The translations under genes and the position numbers were made by a program. The notes beneath the pieces are model-generated. The model searched no databases. It was not told where the DNA came from and saw nothing but the letters and a program-made list of their open reading frames with translations. Shown piece after piece: positions 1 to 10,300 of a stretch of DNA of 64,000 nt. How positions within the stretch are numbered: position 1 is the first letter of the stretch; each line of letters begins with the position of its first letter. Source of the stretch: an uncultured Ignavibacterium sp. (GTDB taxonomy: Bacteria; Bacteroidota; Ignavibacteria; Ch128b); contig CAYVTW010000010.1 of the NCBI GenBank assembly GCA_964454895.1, positions 9,934 through 73,933 of the forward strand, given 5' to 3'.

Positions 1-2502
1 GCTTCGTAATTTCTTGCAGTGTTGGGGAAAATCATTTCTGGCCCATAGTTGCCTTCGGTTGTTTGTGATAGTGTATAGCTAAGGCGATAGTTCCACCTAT
101 CACGGATTGCTTTTTCAAAAATAACTTCAAGACCAATTGAAGAACCGAAAGCGTTGTTATCAAAAGTAGTGTATGAATAAAGTGGAATATTATCGTCAGT
201 AAATCCAGCAGGGCGGTTTCTACTTCCAGTAAATGATGCAACTCTCAATAAACCGATTTGTCTGACTCTATCATTGTAAAACAAAGCAACATCTAGACGG
301 TGAGTTTCTTCAATTACTTGTTGTAATCCAAATTCATAAGAGATAGTTTTTTTGGGTTCAAGATTTGGGTTTCCTCTTCCAGCCCAACCAGACTCAGTTC
401 GTTGAGAAAGTGCTTGAGAGAAGATTGGCATCGAGGCGAAATGACCATATTGAATTCTAAAAGCTGTATTCTCGCCAATTGGGAATGATATACCAAGTCT
501 TGGTAGAACAATATATCTTGTCTTTGAGTCTTCAGTTTCTGGATTACCTCTAACACCTGGCCCACCAGCTCCTTGATAAAATACATTAAACTGATCCTTT
601 GGAACTCTTGCTTGAAAATTATATGCTTCAGCACGAAGACCAAGATTTGCAATCATTCCTTCGTATTCCATTTTATCTTGAATATAAAAAGCAATTCCAA
701 TTGGATAGGCTCTGTAGTACTCAGCAAAACCTGATCGAACCAAATAAGTATTAGCTTGAAAACTTGAATTCACACCATTGTTAATCATATCCCAGTAATA
801 AAATCGAAGACCCGCTTTTAGAAGATTTGTAGGTATAATTTGATTTGTGTAATCAACACTCAAACTCCAATGATTTGTCCTATTATCTTGATAATAATTT
901 GTTGAAAAATTGAACGGTTGACGGAAATAATTATTCTCCCACCAAACTCCATCTTTCAGAATACTACCCCGTGGATCATTTAAACTATCAAGACGATCAG
1001 CTTCAACACCATAGCCTGCAAGATATTCATAAGGCAGAACATAAGTTTCCTTTTGATGAGAGAATGTCATCTCTAAGAATGATTTTGGATTAATTGTATA
1101 AATCCAATTCACACTTTGACTTATAGTTTGTTCGGTTCTAACTGGATCTAATGTCACATAATATTTTGTTGATACTCCAGGAGGTGAAAAGGCAATTCCA
1201 GACCATCGAATATCTTCAGAACCTGACCAGATACCACCACGATACTTCTGAAATGCACCCATAAATTTTATACGATGTTCTTCAAATGGCTTGAAAGTGA
1301 TGTTCAAAATATAATTCTGATAAACTTGTACTCGTTCGGGAGTAGGTAAACGAGTTGGACTTCTACGATATTCTCCTGATAGGAAAAATTTCAAAAGATT
1401 AGGATCTTTTCCAAGGGGACCACCAAAACCAAACATTACTCTTGAATACCAACGACTTCTATAATCATAAACTCCCAGTGGATTATCTTCACTCGGAGTG
1501 TGATTTTTTACCCAAACACTATGTGCCCATGTAATTTCACGATTAACAATATCATTCCACATTTGAAGAGCGACCGAATCACCTGCTTTAGCTTTATTAT
1601 AAAGTTCTTTATATCTCGTATCTAGTTTTAATTCAGTGATAATTAAGTCCCGATTTTTAAACCAATTTTCGAGAGGGCCCCATTTACGCCATTCGTAATT
1701 ATTTTTATCATAGAGATATGGGCCCCAATGATATTGGCCTGGAGGTCGCATTTCAACTCGTATATCACCGCTAAATCTTGCAGTCCCTTCTTTCATAACA
1801 ACTTTAACAACACCAGCTTGAGCATTTCCATATTCTGCAGAAAATCCTCCAGAAATCATTTGTAATTGTTGAACACCAAGTGGATTAACATCATATTTCC
1901 AAGAATTGTTTGCTTTGTTAGTTGCAAATGCACCTGGAGCTTGAGTTGATGCATTAATTTGCTCTACACCATTTATTTGAAAATTTATTTCATATGCACC
2001 AGAACCTCTAACTTGGTAATCACCTTGTGCATTTTTCATAAAACTTGAGGTTAGATCGATAATTCCACGAATTCCTTCGATTGCAGCGACCTTAATTTGC
2101 TCATCACTGATAGTAGAAGCTGTTGAGGTTTGGTCTTTAATTATCTTTGGTTTTTCGGCGACAACAACAACATCTTGAATTTGGATTGAAACATCTTTTA
2201 AGCGGAAATTAACTTCTGTAGTTCTATCTATAAAAACTTCTACATCTTTCTTAGTAACTTTTGCATATCCAATAAAACTAGCAGATAGATCATATTTCCC
2301 AGGCTGAACATTTAAAATCACATATCGACCATTAATATCAGTTGTCGCACCAATAAAAAGTCCCTCAAAGTAAACATTCACACCTATGAGTGGTTCATTT
2401 GTTTTATCATCTACTACTCTACCCGAAATTTTCCCTTTGCCTCCTTGGGCAAAGATCAAACTCGATAAACTTAGTATCAGAAGTAAAATTTTTTTAATCA
2501 TC
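1..2502 (-). CDS. TonB-dependent outer-membrane receptor (partial; C-terminus beyond window start)
   Basis: Not in the ORF track because it has no in-window stop. Manual reverse-complement translation from the ATG at 2500-2502 gives MIKKILLLILSLSSLIFAQGGKGKISGRVVDDKTNEPLIGVNVYFEGLFIGATTDINGRYVILNVQPGKYDLSA... (signal peptide plus carboxypeptidase-regulatory-like domain), then ...TISDEQIKVAAIEGIRGIIDLTSSF, a plug-domain-like motif. The frame stays open to position 1 over the stretch I translated (about 2040-2502); the remainder was not checked for frameshifts. Confidence 0.55.
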
Positions 2503-2520
2503 GTTTTAAGATTAAAATTA

Positions 2521-3921
2521 TTATTTAGCTAAAATCATCTTCTTTGAAATTGTTCCTTTTGGTGTACTTAAAGTATAATAATAAACTCCACTAACAAGAT
2601 TTTTTGCATCAAACAACTTCACATGCTTACCAGCATTTAGATAACCATCTACTAAAGTTTGAACCACCTGACCAAGCGAATTTGTAACAACTAATTTAAC
2701 ATTCATCGCTTCGGGAAGAGTGAATGTTATAAATGTTGATGGATTGAATGGATTAGGGAAGTTTTGTTCAAGCTTGAAAGCTTCTGGAAGAACAGATTTT
2801 CCATCGACAGAAGAGAAATCACCATATTGAAATTTATAAACGCAACGATTAACAATATCAGTTACATAAGCAGTTAAACCATCTGGAGTTAATGCAACAT
2901 CAGCTGGAGCTAGCATTGGTGCTCCACTCGGATCGGGATTGGTTGAACTGTTTTGTGATGGTAATTCCGCAACATCCATAGCAAAAGTTCCAGTTAATTC
3001 GAATGCTTTTACCCATCTTCGAGTAGAATCAGTCCCGGCAACCCACAAGCGATTAAATTTATCAACTGTAATTCCATAGGGAAGTGATCGATCAAAACTC
3101 AAATATGCAAATGGATCAATAACTCTTTGACCTGTATAAGTGCCAGGGCTCGATTGATTTCCTCCAACCCAAACCGCAATACCACCTGAAATAGGAGGAT
3201 TAGAATTTCGCGAAGTATACCATGGAGTTTCAGTATTGTTGTAATCGCCATTAGGCAAAACAGCAACATCTCTAATTGTGCTTAACCCTGTCCCATCGTG
3301 TCCACTTGGTTCTTGTCCATAAGTTGGAGGTGGCACATAAGAACCTCTGGCTGGACTGGTTACTGATCGTGTAAAATTATAAAGTCTTACCGAAGTTTGA
3401 TAAGAGATACCTGTAAAAGCAAAAGAATCCCTTGATACAGCAAGACCATTAATAAAAGTCCCATAACCTGAACCAGTGTGGTAAAATCCATACTTTTCGA
3501 CTTGAGTAGTATCTCCATCTTTATAATAATATTGGGATGCAACTGTATTTGGTCTCGACCTAGGGAATGGAACGCTACCATTAATTATAACATCTGTTTT
3601 AAGCGTGGCAATTCCTCTGAGTATATAAAGATTACCAGTTAATGTATCAGATTCACCATTTAAATCGTAATCGATCATTTTTTTCATCACTAAATCAGTA
3701 GAATCGCAATACCAAATTGCATTTCGAGCTCTTACATCTACAATTTTTGAAGAGATTACATAGAGTCTACCTCTCTCATCAACTGAACAAAGATAAGGTC
3801 TAACGAATGCAGTATCAGAGTCTGGAAAATTAATTTGATAGCGATAGGTCCATTTCGGTTGAGCAATCAAATTAACAATTAAAAACACCATGAAAAGTAT
3901 TAAAGAAATATATTTCGACAT
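2521..3921 (-). CDS. Secreted protein with T9SS (Por) C-terminal sorting domain
   Basis: N-terminal signal peptide. C-terminus ...LEQNFPNPFNPSTFITFTLPEAMNVKLVVTNSLGQVV...GVYYYTL matches the type-A T9SS CTD. Higher local GC and Gly/Thr/Ser-rich repeats. Confidence 0.7.
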   Translation of the reverse strand: MSKYISLILFMVFLIVNLIAQPKWTYRYQINFPDSDTAFVRPYLCSVDERGRLYVISSKIVDVRARNAIWYCDSTDLVMKKMIDYDLNGESDTLTGNLYILRGIATLKTDVIINGSVPFPRSRPNTVASQYYYKDGDTTQVEKYGFYHTGSGYGTFINGLAVSRDSFAFTGISYQTSVRLYNFTRSVTSPARGSYVPPPTYGQEPSGHDGTGLSTIRDVAVLPNGDYNNTETPWYTSRNSNPPISGGIAVWVGGNQSSPGTYTGQRVIDPFAYLSFDRSLPYGITVDKFNRLWVAGTDSTRRWVKAFELTGTFAMDVAELPSQNSSTNPDPSGAPMLAPADVALTPDGLTAYVTDIVNRCVYKFQYGDFSSVDGKSVLPEAFKLEQNFPNPFNPSTFITFTLPEAMNVKLVVTNSLGQVVQTLVDGYLNAGKHVKLFDAKNLVSGVYYYTLSTPKGTISKKMILAK

Positions 3922-4030
3922 TACAATTCCTCCTGAAGTTACTTATTTTAATTTTAATTTATTTAGATTTTAAAATTGTTTCAATTAACTAATGTGAATT
4001 GTTCAAATTTTGCTTCTGAAAAAATACTAA

Positions 4031-6211
4031 TCACAATATTCCTTCAACGCTAAGACTAAAGGATCTGATTGGCCCTAGATTTCCTATCATTTCTATATAA
4101 TTATAATTGAAAAGATTATTCACCGAGAGATATACCCTAAAAGGTAATTTTAGAGCGATCAAGTCAAAACTCAAATGAAAATCTGTGAGAAGTACTTTAT
4201 CTCTTAAATCACCATCTTTTACAATTCCAAGCAAGATTAAATCTTCATCAATAGTTTCAAGTCGATTCCAAAATCGGAAGTCTAAAGCTGCTTGAATAAA
4301 ATCATATCTATAAATGATGTTAGATGTAATGAGATGCCTTGGCCTATATTTCAAAAAGATATTGTTCTTAAGATCACGAGCCCAGAGATAAGTATAACCT
4401 AAATTGGCCTGAAGATGTTTGTTAAAAAACTCTGAGTTGATGTTGAATTCATAACCAAGAATTCTAGCACGAGTAATATTTTTGAATTGGATAAAACTAG
4501 TAGCAGGATCTATAGAAGGTTCAATAAAATTATAAAGTTCGTTACCAAAAATTGCTACATCAAATTTTAAGATTTCACTTAATGTGTAGTTCAATCCGCT
4601 TTCAAAATTCCAGTTCGATTCAGATTTTAATTGTGGATTTGGAACAACTCTAATTCCACTTACACTTGTTGTACTGAATAATTCAGATGGTGTTGGTGCC
4701 CTGTAACCTCGTCCAACAGAAGCTCTAAGATATAGATTATCTTGAACTTTATAATTCGCAGCAAACTTTGGATTGATGTTTGCTTCAGACAAAACTGTAT
4801 CAACTTTTTGATAATCAATTCTCAAACCCGCTGTAAGCTTTAGTCGATTATCAATAAACGAAATTTCATCCTGTCCAAACAAAGCAAATCCAACAGCAGT
4901 AGGATTACTAAAAATATTAGAGGTAACTGAAGCATAGCTTCCCTCCACTCCACCTATAATTTTATGCTTTTCACTAAAATAGTTGAAAGTGAATTCGCTA
5001 CGAAGTATTTCACTCTTAGAAGAATTTTTTGAGTCAGTATTATCCCACCAATTATTATGAAACCATGTATTCTTAAAATTAAAAAGTAATGAAGAAGAGT
5101 AAAGATTTTGATAACTCAAATTTACATTAAATCTCTCGGTTTTCACCCATTGACCAATTTGTCCTTCTGGAGGAATTAAAGCATTGCGTGAGTCTTTCCA
5201 GTAAAGGTAGCTTCCACTTCTATATGTTGTCCCATTGAATAGCAAGGAAATATTATTCGTTGGATTGATATTGTATTTTGATTTAAAGAAAAGTGAATAT
5301 CTTTTATGATAGTTATTCAATTTATAGGAGTCATCTTCATATCTTGATGCAGAAATCGTAATTCCTAGATCGCCAACTTTTCTCGTGTGGGATAGTGTTA
5401 ATGTGTTGAAAAATCTTGTTCGTGGTGACCAATTCCATTCATCATAATGAGGCTTGTCATAAAATCCACCTTGAGATTTTACATAAGTTAAAGGTCTACT
5501 CGAAAAATCTTTAGTTATGATATTAATCACCCCACCAATCGCTTGAGAACCATAAAGTGCAGATCCAGCAGCTTTTACAACTTCAACTCTTTCTATTTCG
5601 TGAATTGGGAGAAGCTGCCAGATGATGTCACCTGTATCACCAGTATAAAGTGGAATTCCATCTATTAATAGCAATACTCTACTTCCAGCACCTCTTGTAT
5701 ATCCACTCGAGCCTCTAATACTAATTTGATCAGAGGTCATATTAATTCCCGAAACATATTTCAACGCTTCGTCCAATCTTCTTGTATTTCGAAAAGATAA
5801 TTCTTGCGAACTTAAAGCACTTATACTAACAGGGATTTCTTCGATCTTTTGCTCGTATTTACTTGCACTAACAAAAACTTCTTGAGTTTGAATTGTAGTT
5901 TGATTCAATTTAACTTCTACAAAAGTTATCTCGTTTGGTTTAATTTCTACCTCAATAACTTTTGTTTCATAACCAACCATTGAGAATTTAACTGAATGTT
6001 TACCAACAGGTACACGAATAATTCTAAATATGCCTTTTCTATTTGTTGCACTACCAATTAATGTGTTTTCGACTCGGATATTTGCCCCAATTAGTGGAGA
6101 ATTTGTTTCATCTAAAACTCGGCCTTCAAGAATTCCATATACTCTTTTTTGTTGAGATAATAATAAAACTGGAATGAAGATTAAGATTAATACTAAAATT
6201 TTTCTAATCAT
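4031..6211 (-). CDS. TonB-dependent receptor (CarbD N-domain + plug + 22-strand barrel type)
   Basis: Signal peptide. ...GRVLDETNSPLIGANIRVENTLIGSATNRKGIFRI... (CarbD-like). ...EIPVSISALSSQELSFRNTRRLDEALKYVSGIN... (plug). Long barrel region ending ...FSLSVEGIL. Confidence 0.8.
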   Translation of the reverse strand: MIRKILVLILIFIPVLLLSQQKRVYGILEGRVLDETNSPLIGANIRVENTLIGSATNRKGIFRIIRVPVGKHSVKFSMVGYETKVIEVEIKPNEITFVEVKLNQTTIQTQEVFVSASKYEQKIEEIPVSISALSSQELSFRNTRRLDEALKYVSGINMTSDQISIRGSSGYTRGAGSRVLLLIDGIPLYTGDTGDIIWQLLPIHEIERVEVVKAAGSALYGSQAIGGVINIITKDFSSRPLTYVKSQGGFYDKPHYDEWNWSPRTRFFNTLTLSHTRKVGDLGITISASRYEDDSYKLNNYHKRYSLFFKSKYNINPTNNISLLFNGTTYRSGSYLYWKDSRNALIPPEGQIGQWVKTERFNVNLSYQNLYSSSLLFNFKNTWFHNNWWDNTDSKNSSKSEILRSEFTFNYFSEKHKIIGGVEGSYASVTSNIFSNPTAVGFALFGQDEISFIDNRLKLTAGLRIDYQKVDTVLSEANINPKFAANYKVQDNLYLRASVGRGYRAPTPSELFSTTSVSGIRVVPNPQLKSESNWNFESGLNYTLSEILKFDVAIFGNELYNFIEPSIDPATSFIQFKNITRARILGYEFNINSEFFNKHLQANLGYTYLWARDLKNNIFLKYRPRHLITSNIIYRYDFIQAALDFRFWNRLETIDEDLILLGIVKDGDLRDKVLLTDFHLSFDLIALKLPFRVYLSVNNLFNYNYIEMIGNLGPIRSFSLSVEGIL

Positions 6212-6222
6212 TATACCCTCCT

Positions 6223-6726
6223 TTAATTCGGTGGTTGAACAGGTGGATTATTGAAATCAACAACAATATCTATATTTCGTTTAAAGACTCCATTTTCAAT
6301 CGTTACACTACCATATTTCGTCGTATCTTGTGGATCATAATAAATCCCGGCAACTCGCCAATCCTGTCTTCTTGGAAGTGGATTTGGAACGATAGATTGA
6401 GCAACAACAATGTATTTTAGTGTTGTTCCAGCTTGTGGTTCTATTAAAGGATTTTTATCTGATTCATATATGAATTCTCTAACACCATAAGGAATTGTAT
6501 CACTGATAAAACCAATATTGAAGAGATTGAAATCGGCTACAGTTCTTATTGTATCCCTGAATGCGACAACCCTAGTCTGATAAATATCATTCGGCCAATT
6601 GTTTTTAAATATTATTTTTCCTGAAAATCCGGTTCTTGGTGGTTCGATTCTCGGAGCAATTCCATGATCACAACCGATGATTAAAATAAAAACAAGTATG
6701 AAGGATTTTGTTAAAATTTTTTTCAT
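6223..6726 (-). CDS. Hypothetical lipoprotein (co-transcribed upstream of the TonB-dependent receptor)
   Basis: Signal peptide with lipobox ...LIIGC. 12-bp gap to the downstream TonB receptor gene. No recognisable catalytic motif. Confidence 0.45.
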   Translation of the reverse strand: MKKILTKSFILVFILIIGCDHGIAPRIEPPRTGFSGKIIFKNNWPNDIYQTRVVAFRDTIRTVADFNLFNIGFISDTIPYGVREFIYESDKNPLIEPQAGTTLKYIVVAQSIVPNPLPRRQDWRVAGIYYDPQDTTKYGSVTIENGVFKRNIDIVVDFNNPPVQPPN

Positions 6727-6740
6727 ACATATTCTCCCAT

Positions 6741-9299
6741 TTAGTTGTTAAATCTTAGCCAGTATAAGCTAAAATTATAAAAACCTTTCAATCCTTCTCT
6801 CAGAGAAACAAAAAAATCTTCCGATGCCTCTATTAAATTTTTATTCTCAACTCTCTTGGAATAATTATACAAAAAATTCTCAGCATTTTCTTGTGCTTTA
6901 TTCATCATAGGTAAAATTATTACTTTCACACCAGCATAACTCAATGATGAGAGTAATAGATGAAGTGTTACTGTTTCTTCGTATTTAACTGATTTTAATA
7001 AAACATATTTTGGTCGTGCATTTAAGAGATCTCTCAAATAAAATTTTCTCTGACTTTCAAAATATGTCAATTCAGGTGAACTTGAATTGAAAACTAGATT
7101 ATCGAATGAAATAACACAATCGAAATTGTTAGCCGTCGATTCAATTGCTTCTTCTTTATTCGATATCATTTCCTCTCTTAATCCAATTCTAATTTTTCTT
7201 TTCCTTTGTAATTCTTCTTGCTCCAACTCTGGTGATACTAATTTTTTAAGTTCCGAACTTTTTGAAGTGGGACTTGAAAGAATTCCATTTTTCAAAATTC
7301 CGATGGATTTTATTTTTTGATCTTTTATATCATCCAATATGAAAAGGGAATAACCTACTATGAATTTCTCCGAAATGAACTGACCATATTTCTTCGAAAA
7401 AAATAAGTGCGACAAAAAATCTAACTCTGAGCCGTTAGTAAGAAAAATAATTTCTTTTGTCTTAGAGTTTAACGATAAAACAAGTGAAATCAATTCATCG
7501 GCAATTTGTCCAAAATTATTTGACGAAAATTCTTTTAATTCATTTTGATCGAATGCATCTAAATTCTCAGTTAGAATCTTAAGATTGAATTTCAAATTTT
7601 CTAGATCAATTTTAAATGTTCTTGAAACAATTCCGTTCTTAGTTACAAAAAATGCAACAAGGAAATCGCCTGCAGGAATGAGCTCAACAAAAATTTTATC
7701 CGAATTGACTATTAAATCTCCTAATGATTTGCTATCGCTTAAACTAATCAAAAAATCGAATGATGAGCGGACTTTTTGTAACAGATCATCTAATTTTTCT
7801 GATGATTCTTCTAATTCTCTTTCAGAAACTTTTACTTTCTCTTTTATTCGTTGTCCTGATGGGAGAGATATTTCCTGCGTGAAAATTCTTTGATAAGTAT
7901 TCTGAGTTAAAATTTCTTTTTTTAGATCATGAATTAATTTTGAATGCTTCTCGTCAAAAAAATCGTAATCCCTAAATCTTAAAAAATATTCAAAGGTCTC
8001 TTGAAATTTTAAGTTTTGTAAAAAACTAAATAACTCATCAGATTTTTGTTGATTAATAACCGAAGGGATAAACGAAAAATCATACTCTAGTTTAATCGCA
8101 AAAGTTTTCAGATTATCATCTGGTTTCAATTCAATGAAATTCTTTAGCTCTTTCAATTTTGAGAAATACCTGTAAGACTTTTTTTCCTCGCCCATTTTGT
8201 GATAGAACGAGGCAATATTAGTAAGAGCTTTCTGTAAATTTTTGTAATCATGATTTTCCTCAAATCTGTTCACTGCAAATTCATAGAATCTTTCAGCTGT
8301 TTTTTTATCGCTTTCGTTTTTATTTAAGAGATAAAGTTGCTCGTAACTTTTTGCAATCTTCAATTGCAAAACTGGTGATAAAAATTTTAGAAAGGAATTC
8401 TCACTTATTGTTAGTGCTTCTTTATAATAATTTAAAGCTCTGGAATACGATTGATTTTGGTACTCGCAATCACCAAGATTATTTTTAATTGAAATTAGAA
8501 TATGTTGATTTGACTCTGAAGCTGAAAACGAATTAAAAGCTGTTTCAAAAAATTCTTTAGCTTTTGAGATTTGATTTTCATAGAAATAAATCAAACCAAT
8601 ATTATTATAAATTTCCTGATTTAAATATCTCAAACCTGTTTTATTCAAAATTTCAAATGCCATATCAAAAGATTTCAAAGCATTTGGAAAATTTCTACTT
8701 TTTATAAAAAGTTCTCCAATCCTATTCAAAGTAAAAATCATTCCTTTCGTATCACCAAGGATTTCATATGAATCATAAGCTCGATTGAAGTATTCAAATG
8801 ATTTTTCAAAATCCCAGAGTTCCTGATAAAGGTCACCGAGATTTAGCGATGCAATTGCTTCCGACTCTTTATCAGCGAAAATTAAACTCTTTCCTATTAT
8901 GTCTGAATAAATCTTTGTAGCTTCTTCGTATTCACCCAAAACCGAATGGATACCAGCAATGTTATTTAAAACCAAAAGCTCATTTTTTTTGTCGTTAAGA
9001 TTATTAAAAATCTTTTGGGCTTCTTTGTAATAGTTTTGTGCTTTATTAAAATTAGAGATTTGATAGTTAATTAATCCAAGATAAATGTAACAATTCGCCT
9101 TTCGCTGTTCGTTTCCTAATTTGTTTTCAAGTTTGATCACTTTCTCAAACAAGTCTGATGCTTGAGAGAGATATCCCCTATCGTAATAATCAAGCGCTTG
9201 ATTGAAAAAACGATCACTTTCAAGCTTCATATCTTCAATTGATTTTGTACACGAATAGAAGGATAGTGAAATTATAATCAGGAAATAAATTTTTTTCAT
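6741..9299 (-). CDS. TPR-repeat lipoprotein with C-terminal CHAT-like domain (possibly catalytically inactive)
   Basis: Lipoprotein signal (…SFYSC). More than ten TPR-like 34-aa repeats with the recurring A..YY.Eal.i. pattern. Central coiled-coil. C-terminal ~300 aa resemble a CHAT (caspase-like) fold (…YVLLKSVKYEE…AGVKVIILPMMNKAQENAENFLYNY…), but the canonical His/Cys dyad positions appear substituted. Confidence 0.55.
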   Translation of the reverse strand: MKKIYFLIIISLSFYSCTKSIEDMKLESDRFFNQALDYYDRGYLSQASDLFEKVIKLENKLGNEQRKANCYIYLGLINYQISNFNKAQNYYKEAQKIFNNLNDKKNELLVLNNIAGIHSVLGEYEEATKIYSDIIGKSLIFADKESEAIASLNLGDLYQELWDFEKSFEYFNRAYDSYEILGDTKGMIFTLNRIGELFIKSRNFPNALKSFDMAFEILNKTGLRYLNQEIYNNIGLIYFYENQISKAKEFFETAFNSFSASESNQHILISIKNNLGDCEYQNQSYSRALNYYKEALTISENSFLKFLSPVLQLKIAKSYEQLYLLNKNESDKKTAERFYEFAVNRFEENHDYKNLQKALTNIASFYHKMGEEKKSYRYFSKLKELKNFIELKPDDNLKTFAIKLEYDFSFIPSVINQQKSDELFSFLQNLKFQETFEYFLRFRDYDFFDEKHSKLIHDLKKEILTQNTYQRIFTQEISLPSGQRIKEKVKVSERELEESSEKLDDLLQKVRSSFDFLISLSDSKSLGDLIVNSDKIFVELIPAGDFLVAFFVTKNGIVSRTFKIDLENLKFNLKILTENLDAFDQNELKEFSSNNFGQIADELISLVLSLNSKTKEIIFLTNGSELDFLSHLFFSKKYGQFISEKFIVGYSLFILDDIKDQKIKSIGILKNGILSSPTSKSSELKKLVSPELEQEELQRKRKIRIGLREEMISNKEEAIESTANNFDCVISFDNLVFNSSSPELTYFESQRKFYLRDLLNARPKYVLLKSVKYEETVTLHLLLSSLSYAGVKVIILPMMNKAQENAENFLYNYSKRVENKNLIEASEDFFVSLREGLKGFYNFSLYWLRFNN

Positions 9300-9322
9300 C
9301 TCTTATTCAAAAATTTTTTGAT

Positions 9323-10300
9323 TTATTTATCGAGATAAAGTGGAAGTCTTGCGTCGATATTGAAGTCATTGACTAAAATTTTCTTTTCGAAGTTGTTGCT
9401 TAAATCAACCTGGACAATAGTTCCAGTTCCGTTTTCTCTTATGGCAGTATAATAAAAATATTTTTCGTCTTTACTAAAGGAAAATTGTGGATAAGCACCA
9501 TCTGTGAATCCAGCATCTTCTGTGATGATTTGTTTTGTTCTCGTTTTTTTGTTGTACAATACAATTCTTGCTGGAATAAAATCAGAACCTGTAACTGTAT
9601 TTTTTGAGAGCAAGGTCATGTAAGCAATGTATTTTCCTGTAGGTGACCATATGGGAGATACTGAATTTTCGTACGGTGAAGTAATGTAATTAATTGGTTG
9701 ATTTTCTGTCCAGTTCGTATTCACTATACCAATTCGAAAATTTGAATCAACTTTTCCGATATTTATTAAAAGTTCTGTCCCTTCTGGAGAATGAAGCGGA
9801 TGAAAAACATAATGTGCAAAAAGTTGGTTTGTTTGTTTTTCCCAATTGAATTTAAAGGTTGCTTCTCTTCTTTTATCGTAATAAAAAACACTTTTTTCAT
9901 CAAAAGAAAAAATTGGCGTGATTTTACTCCAATAATCGACTTCAAGAACAGTTAAAACTTTTCCTGCCGAATCGGCAATCGTAATTCCATTTTTTGAGTA
10001 TGCAGCAACATATTTACCAGAATTAGAAACTACAGGCATGTATCCTTCAAAAAAATAAATTTGCTTCTCTCGATATTTATCCACCTTGAAAATCGAATTA
10101 CCAATATTCAAAACAATAAAATTCTCGTTCAACCATCTTGGAAGATATGAATTTGAGAATGAGAGTTCAGATATTTGCTCAGTTTCAACGTCTAAGTAAA
10201 AAGCTTTAACACTCTCTGTTAATCGGTCTACACCTGTAAAAACAACTTGTGCATGTAGATTTATACTAAGCATTAATCCGAGGAAAAAAACCTTTCTCAT
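9323..10300 (-). CDS. Secreted hypothetical protein, beta-propeller-like (TolB/WD40-like repeats)
   Basis: Signal peptide. Repeated ...SP.GKY.A... / ...FS.D.K..YY... motifs typical of TolB-like propellers. Start overlaps purM stop by 4 nt (ATGA), suggesting translational coupling. Confidence 0.4.
   Translation of the reverse strand: MRKVFFLGLMLSINLHAQVVFTGVDRLTESVKAFYLDVETEQISELSFSNSYLPRWLNENFIVLNIGNSIFKVDKYREKQIYFFEGYMPVVSNSGKYVAAYSKNGITIADSAGKVLTVLEVDYWSKITPIFSFDEKSVFYYDKRREATFKFNWEKQTNQLFAHYVFHPLHSPEGTELLINIGKVDSNFRIGIVNTNWTENQPINYITSPYENSVSPIWSPTGKYIAYMTLLSKNTVTGSDFIPARIVLYNKKTRTKQIITEDAGFTDGAYPQFSFSKDEKYFYYTAIRENGTGTIVQVDLSNNFEKKILVNDFNIDARLPLYLDK

Noticed and set aside
32-652. Two minus-strand ORFs (69 and 112 aa) in the track at the window start
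   Set aside because: They lie in alternative frames inside the partial TonB-dependent receptor gene that I translated manually (1..2502). Low-complexity, no motifs. Spurious.
3387-3581. 64-aa antisense ORF inside the T9SS cargo gene and many similar 60-130 aa ORFs (e.g. 6235..6420, 7087..7320, 7585..7893, 11036..11365, 12268..12456, 18075..18464, 21571..21828, 24012..24454, 32635..33723, 37252..37458, 40198..40893, 41844..42128, 43861..44211, 46540..47199, 47345..47657, 48159..48416, 54924..55614, 56388..56738, 58068..59351, 60773..62654)
   Set aside because: All are embedded in or antisense to well-supported longer genes. Compositionally biased with no recognisable motifs. Treated as frame-shadow ORFs.
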